Origin: a virus
Strand: one strand, 5' to 3'
Length of the DNA: 64,000 nt
IMG/VR virus record: IMGVR_UViG_3300027782_000036
Part shown: piece after piece, positions 47,991-58,864 of the stretch
Layout: each line of letters starts with the position of its first letter
Position numbering within the stretch: position 1 is the first letter of the stretch
The notes under the pieces: model-generated
What the model saw: the letters and a program-made list of their open reading frames with translations, nothing else
Told to the model about the DNA's origin: nothing
The model's database searches: none
Position numbers and translations under genes: made by a program

Positions 47991-48395
47991 ATGACGGAAT
48001 ATGTAGCAAAATCTCTTAAGCAAGATAAAGAAGATTGGATGACCAAGAAATGGCGTCCTATGATGGCCATTGTTTATATGTTAATTAATCTATTTGACTT
48101 TATTATTGGTCCTATACTATATAACTTACTACAATACTGGAATCCAGGCCAAGCAATTGGTATGTGGCAACCATTAACATTACAAGGTGGTGGTTTAATT
48201 CATATCGCCTTTGGTGCTATTCTTGGTATCTCTGCATGGACACGTGGTCAAGAAAAAGTAGCTTCAATTAACAATGGTTTAGATCCTAATGGTTATGGTG
48301 CTTCACCAGCACCACAATCACAAATGGTACAAGGTTATCAAGAACAACCTGCACCTAGACCACTCAACAACCGTAATGATTTTGACTTAAAATAA
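47991..48395 (+). CDS. Putative holin
   Basis: KWRPMMA, TM segments, GAILG..AWTRGQEK. Confidence 0.65.
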   Translation: MTEYVAKSLKQDKEDWMTKKWRPMMAIVYMLINLFDFIIGPILYNLLQYWNPGQAIGMWQPLTLQGGGLIHIAFGAILGISAWTRGQEKVASINNGLDPNGYGASPAPQSQMVQGYQEQPAPRPLNNRNDFDLK

Positions 48396-48829
48396 TGGCA
48401 GACGATAATTTACATGACGTTAAAGTTGATGTTGAGGTGCTTAAACATGATGTTGGTACTTTAACTCGACTTTGCGAAAAAATGGACAAAGTGATTGAAA
48501 AACTTGTTGACCACCAGGATGTAATCATTTTACAGATATACAAAGACATGGATAAAAGAAAATCAGATACTAATCAAGATGTTAAAGAATTACATTCGAG
48601 GATTACAAACGTGAGTAAAGAATTGAGTGAAAAGGTTGAAGAAACCGAAGATAAGATCATGAATGAAATTAAAGAGATGCGTAAAGAAATCTCTGAACAT
48701 AATCAAAGAGAACAAGACGCAATGGATAAACTTCTACAATGGAAGTGGACTATTGTTGGTGGTATAGTTGTTATAACATGGTTGACACAACACATAGGAC
48801 TTGATACAATACTAAAACTAATTAATTAA
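48395..48829 (+). CDS. Coiled-coil protein with a C-terminal TM
   Basis: Heptad repeats followed by WKWTIVGGIVVITW. Confidence 0.65.
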   Translation: MADDNLHDVKVDVEVLKHDVGTLTRLCEKMDKVIEKLVDHQDVIILQIYKDMDKRKSDTNQDVKELHSRITNVSKELSEKVEETEDKIMNEIKEMRKEISEHNQREQDAMDKLLQWKWTIVGGIVVITWLTQHIGLDTILKLIN

Positions 48830-48843
48830 AGTATTGTTTCATT

Positions 48844-49836
48844 ATGAGCGTTTACATTGACAGAAAGTTCCTGTTACAGGTTTCCCCCAAACTATTAAGA
48901 TTTACCCAAAAGAAGACGGATCTCTATAACTTCCGTTGTCCGTTTTGTGGTGATTCTCAAAAGAACAAATTAAAGGCAAGAGGATTCATTTACCGTAAGA
49001 AAAATGACTACTTCTATTCTTGCCATAATTGCCATGTTGGCCACACTTTCTATAACTTTCTAAAGTTCATAGATGCCAATCTTGTTCGTGAATATTCTTT
49101 AGAACGATATAAAGATGGTGAAACAGGTAATCACAATTACACTAAACCTACATTTGATATACCAAAACCTATATTCAAACAAAAAATTGATTTAGAGAAT
49201 ATCGATTCTTTACCAGACAATCATTTCGCTAAACAATATGTGGCAAATAGGCAAATACCAAAAGATAGATGGTCTGAATTATATTTTGCATCTGATTTTA
49301 AATTATTTGTTGAGAGTTTTGACATTGATAAAGATTTAAAAGAGAATGATCCTAGATTAATTATACCATTCTATAATGCAAAAAAAGATTTGATAGGATT
49401 TCAAGGAAGAGCGTTATCCGAATCCAAGATTAGATATATAACCATAAAGCTAGACGAAAATGCACCAAAGATTTTTGGTCTAGATAGATTGAAATCTGGT
49501 ACAACTTATGTTGTGGAAGGTCCAATCGATTCTATGTTTATAGATAATGCTTTGGCAACAGCTGATGCTAATCTATCTTCAATAGAAATTGATAACAAAG
49601 ATTTAGTTTTAATCTATGATAATGAACCAAGAAACAAAGACATTGTAAAACAAATAGCTAAGGCAATCAAGGAACAATTTCAAGTTGTTATCTGGCCTGC
49701 GACAATTGAATCTAAAGATATTAACGAAATGGTTTTAAGTGGATTGACAAAACAACAATTAATAAGTATAATTAAAGAGAATACATATTCAGGACTTCGT
49801 GCTGAAATGGAACTCAACAACTGGCATAAAATTTAA
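48844..49836 (+). CDS. gp61: DNA primase
   Basis: CPFCGDS...CHNC zinc finger, VEGPIDS, DNEPRN, KDINEM. Confidence 0.94.
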   Translation: MSVYIDRKFLLQVSPKLLRFTQKKTDLYNFRCPFCGDSQKNKLKARGFIYRKKNDYFYSCHNCHVGHTFYNFLKFIDANLVREYSLERYKDGETGNHNYTKPTFDIPKPIFKQKIDLENIDSLPDNHFAKQYVANRQIPKDRWSELYFASDFKLFVESFDIDKDLKENDPRLIIPFYNAKKDLIGFQGRALSESKIRYITIKLDENAPKIFGLDRLKSGTTYVVEGPIDSMFIDNALATADANLSSIEIDNKDLVLIYDNEPRNKDIVKQIAKAIKEQFQVVIWPATIESKDINEMVLSGLTKQQLISIIKENTYSGLRAEMELNNWHKI

Positions 49837-49850
49837 TATAAGGTAATAAC

Positions 49851-51635
49851 ATGGAACATCAAGGAATTAAAATTGATTTGGAACAAGATAAACTATTTGA
49901 TGAATTAGGTTTAAAACGTCTTAAAGAATCTTACATGAGAGATGATGAAACTTCACCACAACAAAGATTTGCTCATGTATCAAAAGCTTTCTCAAGTAAT
50001 CAAGAACACGCACAAAGATTATATGAATATAGTTCAAAACATTGGTTATCATATTCAACACCAATTTTATCTTTTGGTAGATCGTCAAAAGGTATGCCAA
50101 TTTCATGTTTTCTAAATTTCATTGATGATACATCACAAGGTCTAGTAGATAATCTATCCGAGACAAATTGGTTATCGATGCTTGGAGGTGGTGTTGGTAT
50201 CGGTTTTGGTATTCGTGCGGCTGGCGAAAAATCAACTGGTGTTATGCCACATTTAAAGATATATGATGCTTCTTCTCTTGCATATCGTCAAGGAAAGACA
50301 CGCCGTGGGTCCTACGCAGCTTATCTAGACATTTCACATCCTGATATCATTTCATTTATTGAGATGAGGAAACCCACAGGAGACCCAAACCTACGTTGCC
50401 AAAATATGCACCATGGTGTTAATATTACAGATGATTTCATGAACATCATTGAAAAATGTATGACTGATCCAGAGTTTGATGATTCATGGGAATTAAAAGA
50501 TCCACATTCAAATGAAGTTCGTGAAGTGGTATCTGCCAAAGTATTATGGCAACAATTAATGGAACTTCGTATGCAAACAGGTGAACCATATTTACATTTC
50601 ATTGATACAAGTAATAATGCTTTACCACAATGGCTAAAGGATAGAGGTTTAAAGGTACATCAATCTAACCTTTGTTCTGAAATTATTTTACCAACTGACA
50701 AAGATAGAACAGCTGTATGTTGTTTATCAAGTCTTAACTTAGAGAAATATGATGATTGGAAAGACAATGGACTTTTTATTAGAGATGTTGCAGAAATGCT
50801 GGATAACGTTCTTCAATATTTTATCGACAACGCTCCTGATGTTATTGCTAGGGCTAGGTATTCTGCTCAGCGTGAGCGTTCAATTGGTGTTGGCGCTCTT
50901 GGCTTCCATGCTCTTCTTCAGCAAAAAGGTATTGCGTTTGAAGGTGTAATGGCTAAGTCATTGAATAATCAAATATTCAAAAATATAAGGAGTAAGTTAG
51001 ATGTTGCAAATAAAGAATTGGGTAAAGAACGTGGTGAAGCTCCTGATGCTGCCGGTACTGGTAATCGTTTTAGTCATCTTATGGCCATTGCTCCTAATGC
51101 TAGCTCGTCCATTATCATGGGTAATACTTCTCCTAGTATTGAACCTTATCGGGCTAACGCTTATAGGCAGGACACTTTATCAGGTGCTCATTTAAATAAA
51201 AATAAATACCTTGATAAATTATTAAGAACCAAAATAGATAATGAAGATGAGTTAGCTGAAGTATGGTCATCTATTATTGCTAATGATGGTTCTATTCAAC
51301 ACTTATCAATATTAAATGATGATGAGAAGTTTGTATTTAAAACATCAATGGAAATCGATCAGCGTTGGGTTATTGAACATGCAGCTGATAGGCAACAATA
51401 TATTGACCAAGCACAATCAGTTAATGTATTCTTTAGACCTGATGCTAACATTATGTATGTTCATGCTATACACTTTACTGCTTGGAAGAAAGGTGTTAAA
51501 ACACTATACTACTGCCGTTCTGAAAAGATTGGTAAAGCAGATAAAGTATCTAAACGTATTGAAAGAGAAGTTATTAAAGAACTTGACATGACACAAATTG
51601 CTCAAGGGAATGATTGTATAGCTTGTGAAGGTTAA
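49851..51635 (+). CDS. nrdA: Ribonucleotide reductase class I alpha subunit
   Basis: PISCFL, SNLCSEI, APNASSS, TLYY, C-terminal CIACEG. Confidence 0.95.
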   Translation: MEHQGIKIDLEQDKLFDELGLKRLKESYMRDDETSPQQRFAHVSKAFSSNQEHAQRLYEYSSKHWLSYSTPILSFGRSSKGMPISCFLNFIDDTSQGLVDNLSETNWLSMLGGGVGIGFGIRAAGEKSTGVMPHLKIYDASSLAYRQGKTRRGSYAAYLDISHPDIISFIEMRKPTGDPNLRCQNMHHGVNITDDFMNIIEKCMTDPEFDDSWELKDPHSNEVREVVSAKVLWQQLMELRMQTGEPYLHFIDTSNNALPQWLKDRGLKVHQSNLCSEIILPTDKDRTAVCCLSSLNLEKYDDWKDNGLFIRDVAEMLDNVLQYFIDNAPDVIARARYSAQRERSIGVGALGFHALLQQKGIAFEGVMAKSLNNQIFKNIRSKLDVANKELGKERGEAPDAAGTGNRFSHLMAIAPNASSSIIMGNTSPSIEPYRANAYRQDTLSGAHLNKNKYLDKLLRTKIDNEDELAEVWSSIIANDGSIQHLSILNDDEKFVFKTSMEIDQRWVIEHAADRQQYIDQAQSVNVFFRPDANIMYVHAIHFTAWKKGVKTLYYCRSEKIGKADKVSKRIEREVIKELDMTQIAQGNDCIACEG

Positions 51636-51636
51636 T

Positions 51637-51816
51637 ATGCCAATATATGATTATGAATGTAAGGCGTGTGAAGTTGTCTTTGATAAGTTAGTTAAGTTTG
51701 ATGATCCTACACCAAATTGTCCTGAATGTGGTAGTGATAATGTTCAAAAAAAAGAAATACAGGCCATTAATTTTGAATTAAAAGGTGTAGGTGTATATAA
51801 GAATGGAACGAATTAA
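51637..51816 (+). CDS. FmdB-family zinc ribbon protein
   Basis: MPIYDYECKAC...CPECGS. Confidence 0.8.
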   Translation: MPIYDYECKACEVVFDKLVKFDDPTPNCPECGSDNVQKKEIQAINFELKGVGVYKNGTN

Positions 51817-52042
51817 ACAAATTGATATAAAGTGGTTATCTTCGATATTATTCATAATTGCTGGAACAATGGTAGCATTAAGATTACCAATGATGAAGAT
51901 AGCTTTTCCTATGTTTGTTGTAGCACATGGAATTTTAGTCTATGATTTTCACAAAACACACAAAAACAAGCCGTTAATTATACAGAACATATATTTCTTT
52001 ATAGTTAATATTATCGCAACCTATATTTGGATGGTCAAGTAG
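51803..52042 (+). CDS. Small membrane protein
   Basis: 3 hydrophobic segments. Confidence 0.6.
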   Translation: MERIKQIDIKWLSSILFIIAGTMVALRLPMMKIAFPMFVVAHGILVYDFHKTHKNKPLIIQNIYFFIVNIIATYIWMVK

Positions 52043-52044
52043 AT

Positions 52045-53028
52045 ATGACAAAGAAAACGGACTATAAACTAACCGACACAAGAGAATACTTTAAGCCTTT
52101 TAATTATCCGTGGGCTTATAATGCTTGGTTGAAACATGAGCAATCACATTGGTTACATACAGAAGTTCCAATGTTAGAAGATGTTAAAGATTGGAAAAAG
52201 AAACTCACAAAAGAAGAAAAACTATTCTTAACACAAATTTTTAGATTTTTCACACAAGGTGATATTGACGTTGCTGGTGGTTATGTTAAGAATTACTTAC
52301 CATACTTTCCACAACCTGAAGTTAGAATGATGTTGATGGGTTTTGCTGCTCGTGAAGCATTACATGTTGCAGCTTATTCACATCTTATTGAAACACTAGG
52401 TTTACCTGAATCCACTTATAATGAATTTTTAGATTATGTTGAAATGAAAGAGAAACATGATTATGTTACTGACATTAGTTCGAAAAATGGTGACGCTGCT
52501 TCTACTGCTACTCATATTGCTGTCTTTTCTGCTTTCACTGAAGGCATGCAGTTATTTAGTTCATTCATTATGCTCCTTAATTTCCCACGCCATGGTAAAA
52601 TGAAAGGTATGGGTCAGATCATTACATGGTCAATTGTGGATGAAACACAACACTGTGAATCGATGATAAAATTGTTCCGAACATATATAGAAGAGAATAA
52701 TGAAATTTGGAATGATGATTTGAAGTCTAGAATATATACCATAGCTGAAAAGATGGTTGAACTAGAAGATAAATTTATTGATCTCGCATTTGGTATTTCT
52801 TTAATGGAAGGTTTGACATCGGAAGATGTTAAGAAGTATATTCGATATATTGCTGATAGACGTTTGATTTCCTTAGGTCTTAAAGGTATATTCAAAGTGA
52901 AAAGAAATCCTTTACCGTGGGTAGAGGAAATGATTAACGCACCAACTCATACCAATTTCTTTGAAAATAGAGCAACCGATTATGCAAAAGGTGCTTTATC
53001 TGGAAATTGGGGAGACATTTGGGCTTAA
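52045..53028 (+). CDS. nrdB: Ribonucleotide reductase beta subunit
   Basis: [32 protein letters not shown]. Confidence 0.95.
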   Translation: MTKKTDYKLTDTREYFKPFNYPWAYNAWLKHEQSHWLHTEVPMLEDVKDWKKKLTKEEKLFLTQIFRFFTQGDIDVAGGYVKNYLPYFPQPEVRMMLMGFAAREALHVAAYSHLIETLGLPESTYNEFLDYVEMKEKHDYVTDISSKNGDAASTATHIAVFSAFTEGMQLFSSFIMLLNFPRHGKMKGMGQIITWSIVDETQHCESMIKLFRTYIEENNEIWNDDLKSRIYTIAEKMVELEDKFIDLAFGISLMEGLTSEDVKKYIRYIADRRLISLGLKGIFKVKRNPLPWVEEMINAPTHTNFFENRATDYAKGALSGNWGDIWA

Positions 53029-53035
53029 GAACAAT

Positions 53036-53365
53036 ATGCATCAGATAACAATAGAAGAATCAGCATCAGACAAAATTAAACTATTATTAGCAGAAGAAAA
53101 TACACCTGAACTAAAGTTGAGGATATTTGTTTCTGGTGGTGGATGTTCGGGTTTTCAATATGGTTTTACTTTTGATGAAACTCAAAGTGAAGATGACTTT
53201 GTTATAGAACAAAATGGAGTTAATTTATTAGTTGATGTGATGAGTATGCAATATTTATCAGGATCAGTCATTGGATATAAAACATCATTAATGGGAGAAC
53301 AATTTGAGATAAAGAATCCAAACGCCACAAGTAAATGTGGTTGTGGTTCATCATTCTCAGCTTAA
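53036..53365 (+). CDS. erpA: A-type Fe-S carrier (ErpA/IscA)
   Basis: [20 protein letters not shown]. Confidence 0.9.
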   Translation: MHQITIEESASDKIKLLLAEENTPELKLRIFVSGGGCSGFQYGFTFDETQSEDDFVIEQNGVNLLVDVMSMQYLSGSVIGYKTSLMGEQFEIKNPNATSKCGCGSSFSA

Positions 53366-53366
53366 T

Positions 53367-53750
53367 ATGGCATATTCAGATAAAGTATTAGATCATTATG
53401 AGAATCCTAGGAATGTAGGATCTTTAGATAAAGAATCATTGAACGTAGGTACTGGTATGGTAGGGGCCCCAGCATGTGGAGATGTAATGAAGTTACAAAT
53501 TCAAGTAGAAGGAAACATCATAACAGATGCAAAATTTAAGACATATGGTTGTGGTTCTGCTATTGCTAGTTCTAGTCTTGTCACCGAGTGGCTCAAGGGT
53601 AAAACGTTGGATGAGGCACAAACAATCAAGAACTCCGATATCGCAGAAGAGTTAGCATTACCACCAGTTAAAATACACTGTTCCGTATTGGCAGAAGATG
53701 CCATAAAATCAGCTATTGCTGATTATAAAAATAAACTATTAAGGAATTAA
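53367..53750 (+). CDS. iscU: Fe-S scaffold IscU
   Basis: YSDKVLDHYENPRNVG, PACGD, GCGSAIAS, LPPVKIHCS. Confidence 0.95.
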   Translation: MAYSDKVLDHYENPRNVGSLDKESLNVGTGMVGAPACGDVMKLQIQVEGNIITDAKFKTYGCGSAIASSSLVTEWLKGKTLDEAQTIKNSDIAEELALPPVKIHCSVLAEDAIKSAIADYKNKLLRN

Positions 53751-53751
53751 A

Positions 53752-53949
53752 ATGTCAGAAAAATACATAGTTGCCGATTGCATTCAATGTGAATCAAATT
53801 ATGAAATTCAATATGCGACTGAAGTTACTTCAGCTGAATTACCAGAATTTTGCCCATTTTGTGGTGAAGTGATTGAAAAAGAAAACATTCAAGATGAATC
53901 TCAAGATGATGAGTTGGATGAGGAAGATGATGAATGGGAAGAATCTTAA
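53752..53949 (+). CDS. Small zinc-ribbon protein with an acidic tail
   Basis: CIQC...CPFCG. Confidence 0.7.
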   Translation: MSEKYIVADCIQCESNYEIQYATEVTSAELPEFCPFCGEVIEKENIQDESQDDELDEEDDEWEES

Positions 53950-54395
53950 ATTGGACTTACCAGAATATAATATTCACTGAAAATGATATTGCCAACAACT
54001 ATGGTTTCGTGTATAGTATTGAGAATACACTAACTAATAGAAAGTATATTGGTAAGAAGTTATTTTGGTCAGCAAAGACCAAACAGGTCAATAAGAAGAA
54101 GAAACGATATAAAGCACCTTCTGATTGGCAAGACTATTACGGTTCTAATGAAGTTTTAAAGAAAGATATTGCAGAATTTGGTAAAGAGAACTTCACTAGA
54201 ACTATTCTTCATTTATGCAAATCGAAAGGTGAATGTTCTTACCTAGAAGCAAAAGAACAATTTATTAATGGTGTTATTGAGAGTTCTGATTATTATAATA
54301 CATGGATTATGGTTCGTGTAAGAGATACACACATCAAAGACTATATTGAAAGAACGAAAAATGAAAGAAATATTCGCAAAAATGAAGGAAGCTGA
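53934..54395 (+). CDS. GIY-YIG nuclease-family protein
   Basis: YGFVY...KYIGKK, YYGS. Confidence 0.7.
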   Translation: MGRILNWTYQNIIFTENDIANNYGFVYSIENTLTNRKYIGKKLFWSAKTKQVNKKKKRYKAPSDWQDYYGSNEVLKKDIAEFGKENFTRTILHLCKSKGECSYLEAKEQFINGVIESSDYYNTWIMVRVRDTHIKDYIERTKNERNIRKNEGS

Positions 54396-54765
54396 ATGTC
54401 ACGCTATAGCTTTTTTACCATCAGAAGATCCTAAAGAACAAGCAATTATCCAAGGTTTACATTATAAAGATGAGGGTGAAATTGTTAAGACGGAATCGGA
54501 TGTAGGTGAATTATATGAAATTATTATATTTCAAGGTGATATTGATGATGGTTTTAGTCAGTTAGAACAATTTGAAGCTGTGTTATCATGTCCATTTACC
54601 TATAGTGATAGAATGTACCATGGAAATTATTTTGGAGTTGTAGCAAAAAAAACAAGCACTTCAGGTGAAGTAGTTGAGAGTCTTTTAGAAAAAATTGGTG
54701 ATTTAATTTATGGAGGAAGTGATGAAAGAAATTTGGAGCAAAACAGTTTTAAAGCAAACACTTGA
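54361..54765 (+). CDS. Hypothetical protein
   Basis: ORF in operon context. Confidence 0.55.
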   Translation: MKEIFAKMKEAECHAIAFLPSEDPKEQAIIQGLHYKDEGEIVKTESDVGELYEIIIFQGDIDDGFSQLEQFEAVLSCPFTYSDRMYHGNYFGVVAKKTSTSGEVVESLLEKIGDLIYGGSDERNLEQNSFKANT

Positions 54766-54985
54766 GAATGGTGTTAATACAGTAGTATTTACAAAATTAA
54801 ATGGAGAAGTGAGGGAATTGTATTGTACCTTAGATCCCGAAGAATTACCTGTATCAGATAAACAACTATTAACAGAGAATATAACTAAAAAAGAAAACGA
54901 TGAAGTTCTATCTGTGTGGGACTTAGATAAAAAAGCTTGGAGATCGTTTCGTTTAGATTCAATTATTGAAGTTAGAAACCACTAA
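54722..54985 (+). CDS. SH3/WYL-like small protein
   Basis: VFTKLNGEVR...CTL, VWDLDKKAWRSFR; GGAGG RBS. Confidence 0.7.
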   Translation: MKEIWSKTVLKQTLENGVNTVVFTKLNGEVRELYCTLDPEELPVSDKQLLTENITKKENDEVLSVWDLDKKAWRSFRLDSIIEVRNH

Positions 54986-55407
54986 TGTCCGATCAAGAAG
55001 AAAAAGTAATCAATATACAAGAACGAACTGAAAATAAGACCCGTGAGATGATGGGTGAAATTGAAGGTTTGTTTGACAAGTATGTTACTGAATGGAAAGA
55101 ACTAAAGAATTATTCTTTCTTGTATAATCTTGGCATAAAGCCTGCTCATGCTCGAAAAATTAAAGTATGGGCTCAAGATCGCATTATGACATGGAAAGAA
55201 GCCGTATCAAGTGAAGATGAGCAAATTAAAGAAGCATACAGTTGTTATACCAAATCACAATTAAATAAATGTGTAAGTTGGTGGTCTAGTATTATCGATG
55301 ACTGTGATAGACTTGTCTCTGATGGTAAAGTATTAAATAAACAGAACCGATTAAGGAAACAATTAAGAACTCCAACGAAATCTAAAAAGATTAAACCTAT
55401 ACTATGA
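54985..55407 (+). CDS. Hypothetical protein
   Basis: NIQER and QIKEAYS motifs; coupled to neighbours. Confidence 0.6.
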   Translation: MSDQEEKVINIQERTENKTREMMGEIEGLFDKYVTEWKELKNYSFLYNLGIKPAHARKIKVWAQDRIMTWKEAVSSEDEQIKEAYSCYTKSQLNKCVSWWSSIIDDCDRLVSDGKVLNKQNRLRKQLRTPTKSKKIKPIL

Positions 55408-56258
55408 TACTTATTGACCTAAACCAAGTCCTTTTATCAGGACTAATGGCCCAAATCGCTGGCCAGAAAAATCAAACATTAAATGAAGATTTAGTTAGAC
55501 ATCTTGTTCTAAACATTCTTCGTGGACATATAAAGAACTTTAAAAGAGAATATGGCAACAACATTATTCTATGTTGTGACAATAGAACATATTGGCGTAA
55601 AGAGATATTCCCTTTCTACAAAGCTGGTCGTAAGAAAACTAGAGAGAAATCTGATCTAGATTGGAAACTCATATTTGATATTCTTGGTAATCTAAAGAAT
55701 GAACTCAAAGAGAACTTTCCATATAAAGTAATTGATGTTGAGAACGCTGAGGCTGATGATATTATTGGCACATTGGTTCCTAGAATGGCACCACATGAGA
55801 AGATACTGATTCTATCAAGTGATAATGACTTTCTACAATTACAGAAGTATGGTGATAATGTTAAACAATATAACCCAGCTCAAAAGAAATATATCAAGTC
55901 ACCTAATCCAGTATTAGACTTAAAAGAGAAGATTATCCGTGGTGATAAGGGTGATGGCATTCCTAATGTCTTATCGGCTCAAGATTGTTTTGTAACAGAA
56001 ACAAGACAGAAACCTATCAATAAAAGTATATTAGATAAATTACTAAATGAAGATGTTGATAATTGGTCAGATGCTAATGCTAAGCATGGATATTCAAGAA
56101 ATCAATTATTGATAGATTTGTCCTACATACCTAACGAAGTCAAAGAAAATATTATAAAGACTTACGATGAAATTAAACCAGCACCACGCAATAAATTATT
56201 AACATACTTCATTGAGAAGAAACTTCGTAATTTAATGGGTGATATAGAGGATTTTTAA
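55404..56258 (+). CDS. rnh: T4-like RNase H (5'-3' exonuclease)
   Basis: ILIDLNQ, EADDII, SSDNDF, GDKGDGIPN. Confidence 0.92.
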   Translation: MILIDLNQVLLSGLMAQIAGQKNQTLNEDLVRHLVLNILRGHIKNFKREYGNNIILCCDNRTYWRKEIFPFYKAGRKKTREKSDLDWKLIFDILGNLKNELKENFPYKVIDVENAEADDIIGTLVPRMAPHEKILILSSDNDFLQLQKYGDNVKQYNPAQKKYIKSPNPVLDLKEKIIRGDKGDGIPNVLSAQDCFVTETRQKPINKSILDKLLNEDVDNWSDANAKHGYSRNQLLIDLSYIPNEVKENIIKTYDEIKPAPRNKLLTYFIEKKLRNLMGDIEDF

Positions 56259-56259
56259 A

Positions 56260-56724
56260 ATGACAAGAATTTATGAGATACTAGATGAATGTAGATTATG
56301 TGAAACGCTTGATGAAGTAGTAAATGTGATGAGAAAGTATGATTCACCCACAGTAAGAGAAGTTTTTAAGTGTGCTTATCATCCATACACTCAATGGTAC
56401 TTATCTGATATACCTGATGACTACAAAAAACCAGATACTTTCCCTGGAATCTCAAGGACACAGCTCTATACTGAATTTAGACGTATCTATTTGTTTCAAA
56501 AAGGTCATCCTGTAGCCGATACACTCTCGGAAGACAAGAGAAAGAACTTACTAACACAAATTCTTGAAGGATTAGAGCCGGATGATGCTCAAATCTTCAT
56601 TGATGTGCTTCGAAAAGACTTAAAAATACAAGATTTGACGCCGGAAGTGATAAATTTAGCGTATCCTGGACTTTTACCAATTCCTGAAGTCAAAAAAGAC
56701 GAAAAAAACACAAAAAAAGCATAA
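56260..56724 (+). CDS. Conserved hypothetical protein
   Basis: LYTEFRRIY, QILEGL...A, AYPGLL. Confidence 0.65.
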   Translation: MTRIYEILDECRLCETLDEVVNVMRKYDSPTVREVFKCAYHPYTQWYLSDIPDDYKKPDTFPGISRTQLYTEFRRIYLFQKGHPVADTLSEDKRKNLLTQILEGLEPDDAQIFIDVLRKDLKIQDLTPEVINLAYPGLLPIPEVKKDEKNTKKA

Positions 56725-56730
56725 TTTCGC

Positions 56731-56759
56731 TTGACAAATGATCAATTCTATGTCATAAT
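56731..56759 (+). promoter_or_regulatory. sigma70-type promoter
   Basis: TTGACA-N17-CATAAT. Confidence 0.7.
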
Positions 56760-56797
56760 TACCACATAATTGAAAATTTTAACGGACTACATATATT

Positions 56798-58864
56798 ATG
56801 CTTATTGAATCTAAATCAAATCTCGCCAAATTGATGGCCACAGAGAATATCCTTGTGGAACAGAAGAATGTTCCAACAGCATATTTCAATTTAAAGGACC
56901 GAGTTCTAGTTGTTCCTACTCTCAAAGAAGAAATTGGTCCTTCTTTATATGATTTGTTCATGGGTCACGAAGTTGGCCATGCACTTTTCACTCCAGAACA
57001 AGGTTGGCACGATTCAGTCGTTGAAGTTGGTGTCAACCGTTCTATTCTAAACGTATGTGAAGATGCTCGTATCGAGAAACTCATATGCCGTAAGTATCCA
57101 GGTCTTAAACAATCATTTATCAGAGCTTATCGTGATTTATTAAATAGAGATTTCTTTGGTATCAAAGACTTAGATGTCGATCTACTTAAACTCATTGATA
57201 GAATCAACCTACACACAAAATGTGGTCTAGGTGCTAATGCTTCATTCAATGATGAAGAAATGTATTTTGTTGGTGAAGTAATGAAATCTGAAACTTTTGA
57301 AGATGCTGTAGAGATCGCTAAGAAGATCCAAGCATATATGAAAGAAAGAGTTGAAGAAACAAAAATCAAGTTAGGCATGGAAAAAGATGATGCTGGTGAA
57401 GGTGATGACCTAGAAGAAGATGCTGATGATGAAGGTCAAGATATGTCTATGGAAGGTAATGCTGATTATCAAGACTATGAATCAGAAGATGCTGGCAAGA
57501 GCCGTGCTATTCAAGATGAACAGTCTGATGATGGTGATGAAGAATTAGACTCTATTACCGATAATAAGTTCCGTGAGAATGAAAAAGAGCTTTATGACTA
57601 TCAATCAGCTGATCGTATCTATGCTAACATTCCAGATATCGACCATAATAAAGTTATCATTAGTTATAAACAAATGTATCAAGAAATCAAAGATGAAGAT
57701 AGTAAAGACTATGGTTCAAACTTTATACAAAAACATAAAATTGATACTAAGAAGTTTATTGAATTCAGAAACAACACTAACAAGGTTGTATCATATCTAG
57801 CTAAAGAGTTTGAATTACGTAAGAACGCTGACCAACTTAAAAGAGCTAAGACAGCTAAGACTGGTGAGATCGATATGAACCGTATCTATTCATACCAATT
57901 TAATGAAGACATCTTTAAGAAGATCACTAATGTGCCTAATGGTAAATCTCATGGCCTAGTGTTATACCTTGACTGGTCGGCTTCAATGTCAAATGTGATG
58001 GATAATACAGTTAAACAATTATTGACCTTGGCTATGTTCTGTAAGAAAGTCATGATACCATTTGAAGTATATGCTTTCTCTGATCGATATGGTTATTATG
58101 GTAATAAAGAACAACCTATACATTCATTCAAAGAAGGTGACTTGACGATCAAAGGTGATTTTCGCTTATTGAACATACTATCAAGTAAAATGTCATCATC
58201 AGAGTTTAGCTACGCATCTTCTGCTTTATTACATGGTATCTATAATCACCATGACTTTCCAGATTACTGCCTTGGTTCAACACCATTAAATGAAGCTATC
58301 ATCTCAGCGATGACCATTATACCAGAGTTTCAAAAGAAATACAAACTACAAGTGGTCAACGCTGTATTCTTAACCGATGGTGAAGGTCATCACCTATCTA
58401 AAATTAAAGATAGTACCATGGATTATGGTATTCGTAATGAGTATAACCTAATCTACCGTGACCCAAAGACTTTGGCTCAGATGAAAGATGATAACAACAA
58501 TCGAGTATCGAACTCCAAACCGTTCCTATACCTCCTTAAACAAAGGACGGGTTGTAACGTGATTGGATTCCGTATTCTATCTCTAAGAGATGTCCGTAAC
58601 TTTCTATGGCATACCTATAAGTCTGGAGTGGATACAACACCGATCTATAACAAGTTTAAGAAAGATAAATCGATGGTCGTCACCTCCGCTGGTTTTGACG
58701 AATACTATTTACTTAAATCAGATAAACTTGACGTAGAAGACGAAGCCGAACTAGAAGTTAAAAGCCAAACAACACGTGGCTTAGTATCTGCTTTCAAGAA
58801 GTATTCTAAAGGCCATATACAGAACCGAGTAGTCTTAAATAGATTTGTTGAGATGATTGCTTAA
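56798..58864 (+). CDS. Metallopeptidase-like plus vWA domain protein (CobT-like)
   Basis: HEVGH, NVCEDARIE, acidic linker, DWSAS MIDAS, TPLNEA, LTDGE. Confidence 0.8.
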   Translation: MLIESKSNLAKLMATENILVEQKNVPTAYFNLKDRVLVVPTLKEEIGPSLYDLFMGHEVGHALFTPEQGWHDSVVEVGVNRSILNVCEDARIEKLICRKYPGLKQSFIRAYRDLLNRDFFGIKDLDVDLLKLIDRINLHTKCGLGANASFNDEEMYFVGEVMKSETFEDAVEIAKKIQAYMKERVEETKIKLGMEKDDAGEGDDLEEDADDEGQDMSMEGNADYQDYESEDAGKSRAIQDEQSDDGDEELDSITDNKFRENEKELYDYQSADRIYANIPDIDHNKVIISYKQMYQEIKDEDSKDYGSNFIQKHKIDTKKFIEFRNNTNKVVSYLAKEFELRKNADQLKRAKTAKTGEIDMNRIYSYQFNEDIFKKITNVPNGKSHGLVLYLDWSASMSNVMDNTVKQLLTLAMFCKKVMIPFEVYAFSDRYGYYGNKEQPIHSFKEGDLTIKGDFRLLNILSSKMSSSEFSYASSALLHGIYNHHDFPDYCLGSTPLNEAIISAMTIIPEFQKKYKLQVVNAVFLTDGEGHHLSKIKDSTMDYGIRNEYNLIYRDPKTLAQMKDDNNNRVSNSKPFLYLLKQRTGCNVIGFRILSLRDVRNFLWHTYKSGVDTTPIYNKFKKDKSMVVTSAGFDEYYLLKSDKLDVEDEAELEVKSQTTRGLVSAFKKYSKGHIQNRVVLNRFVEMIA

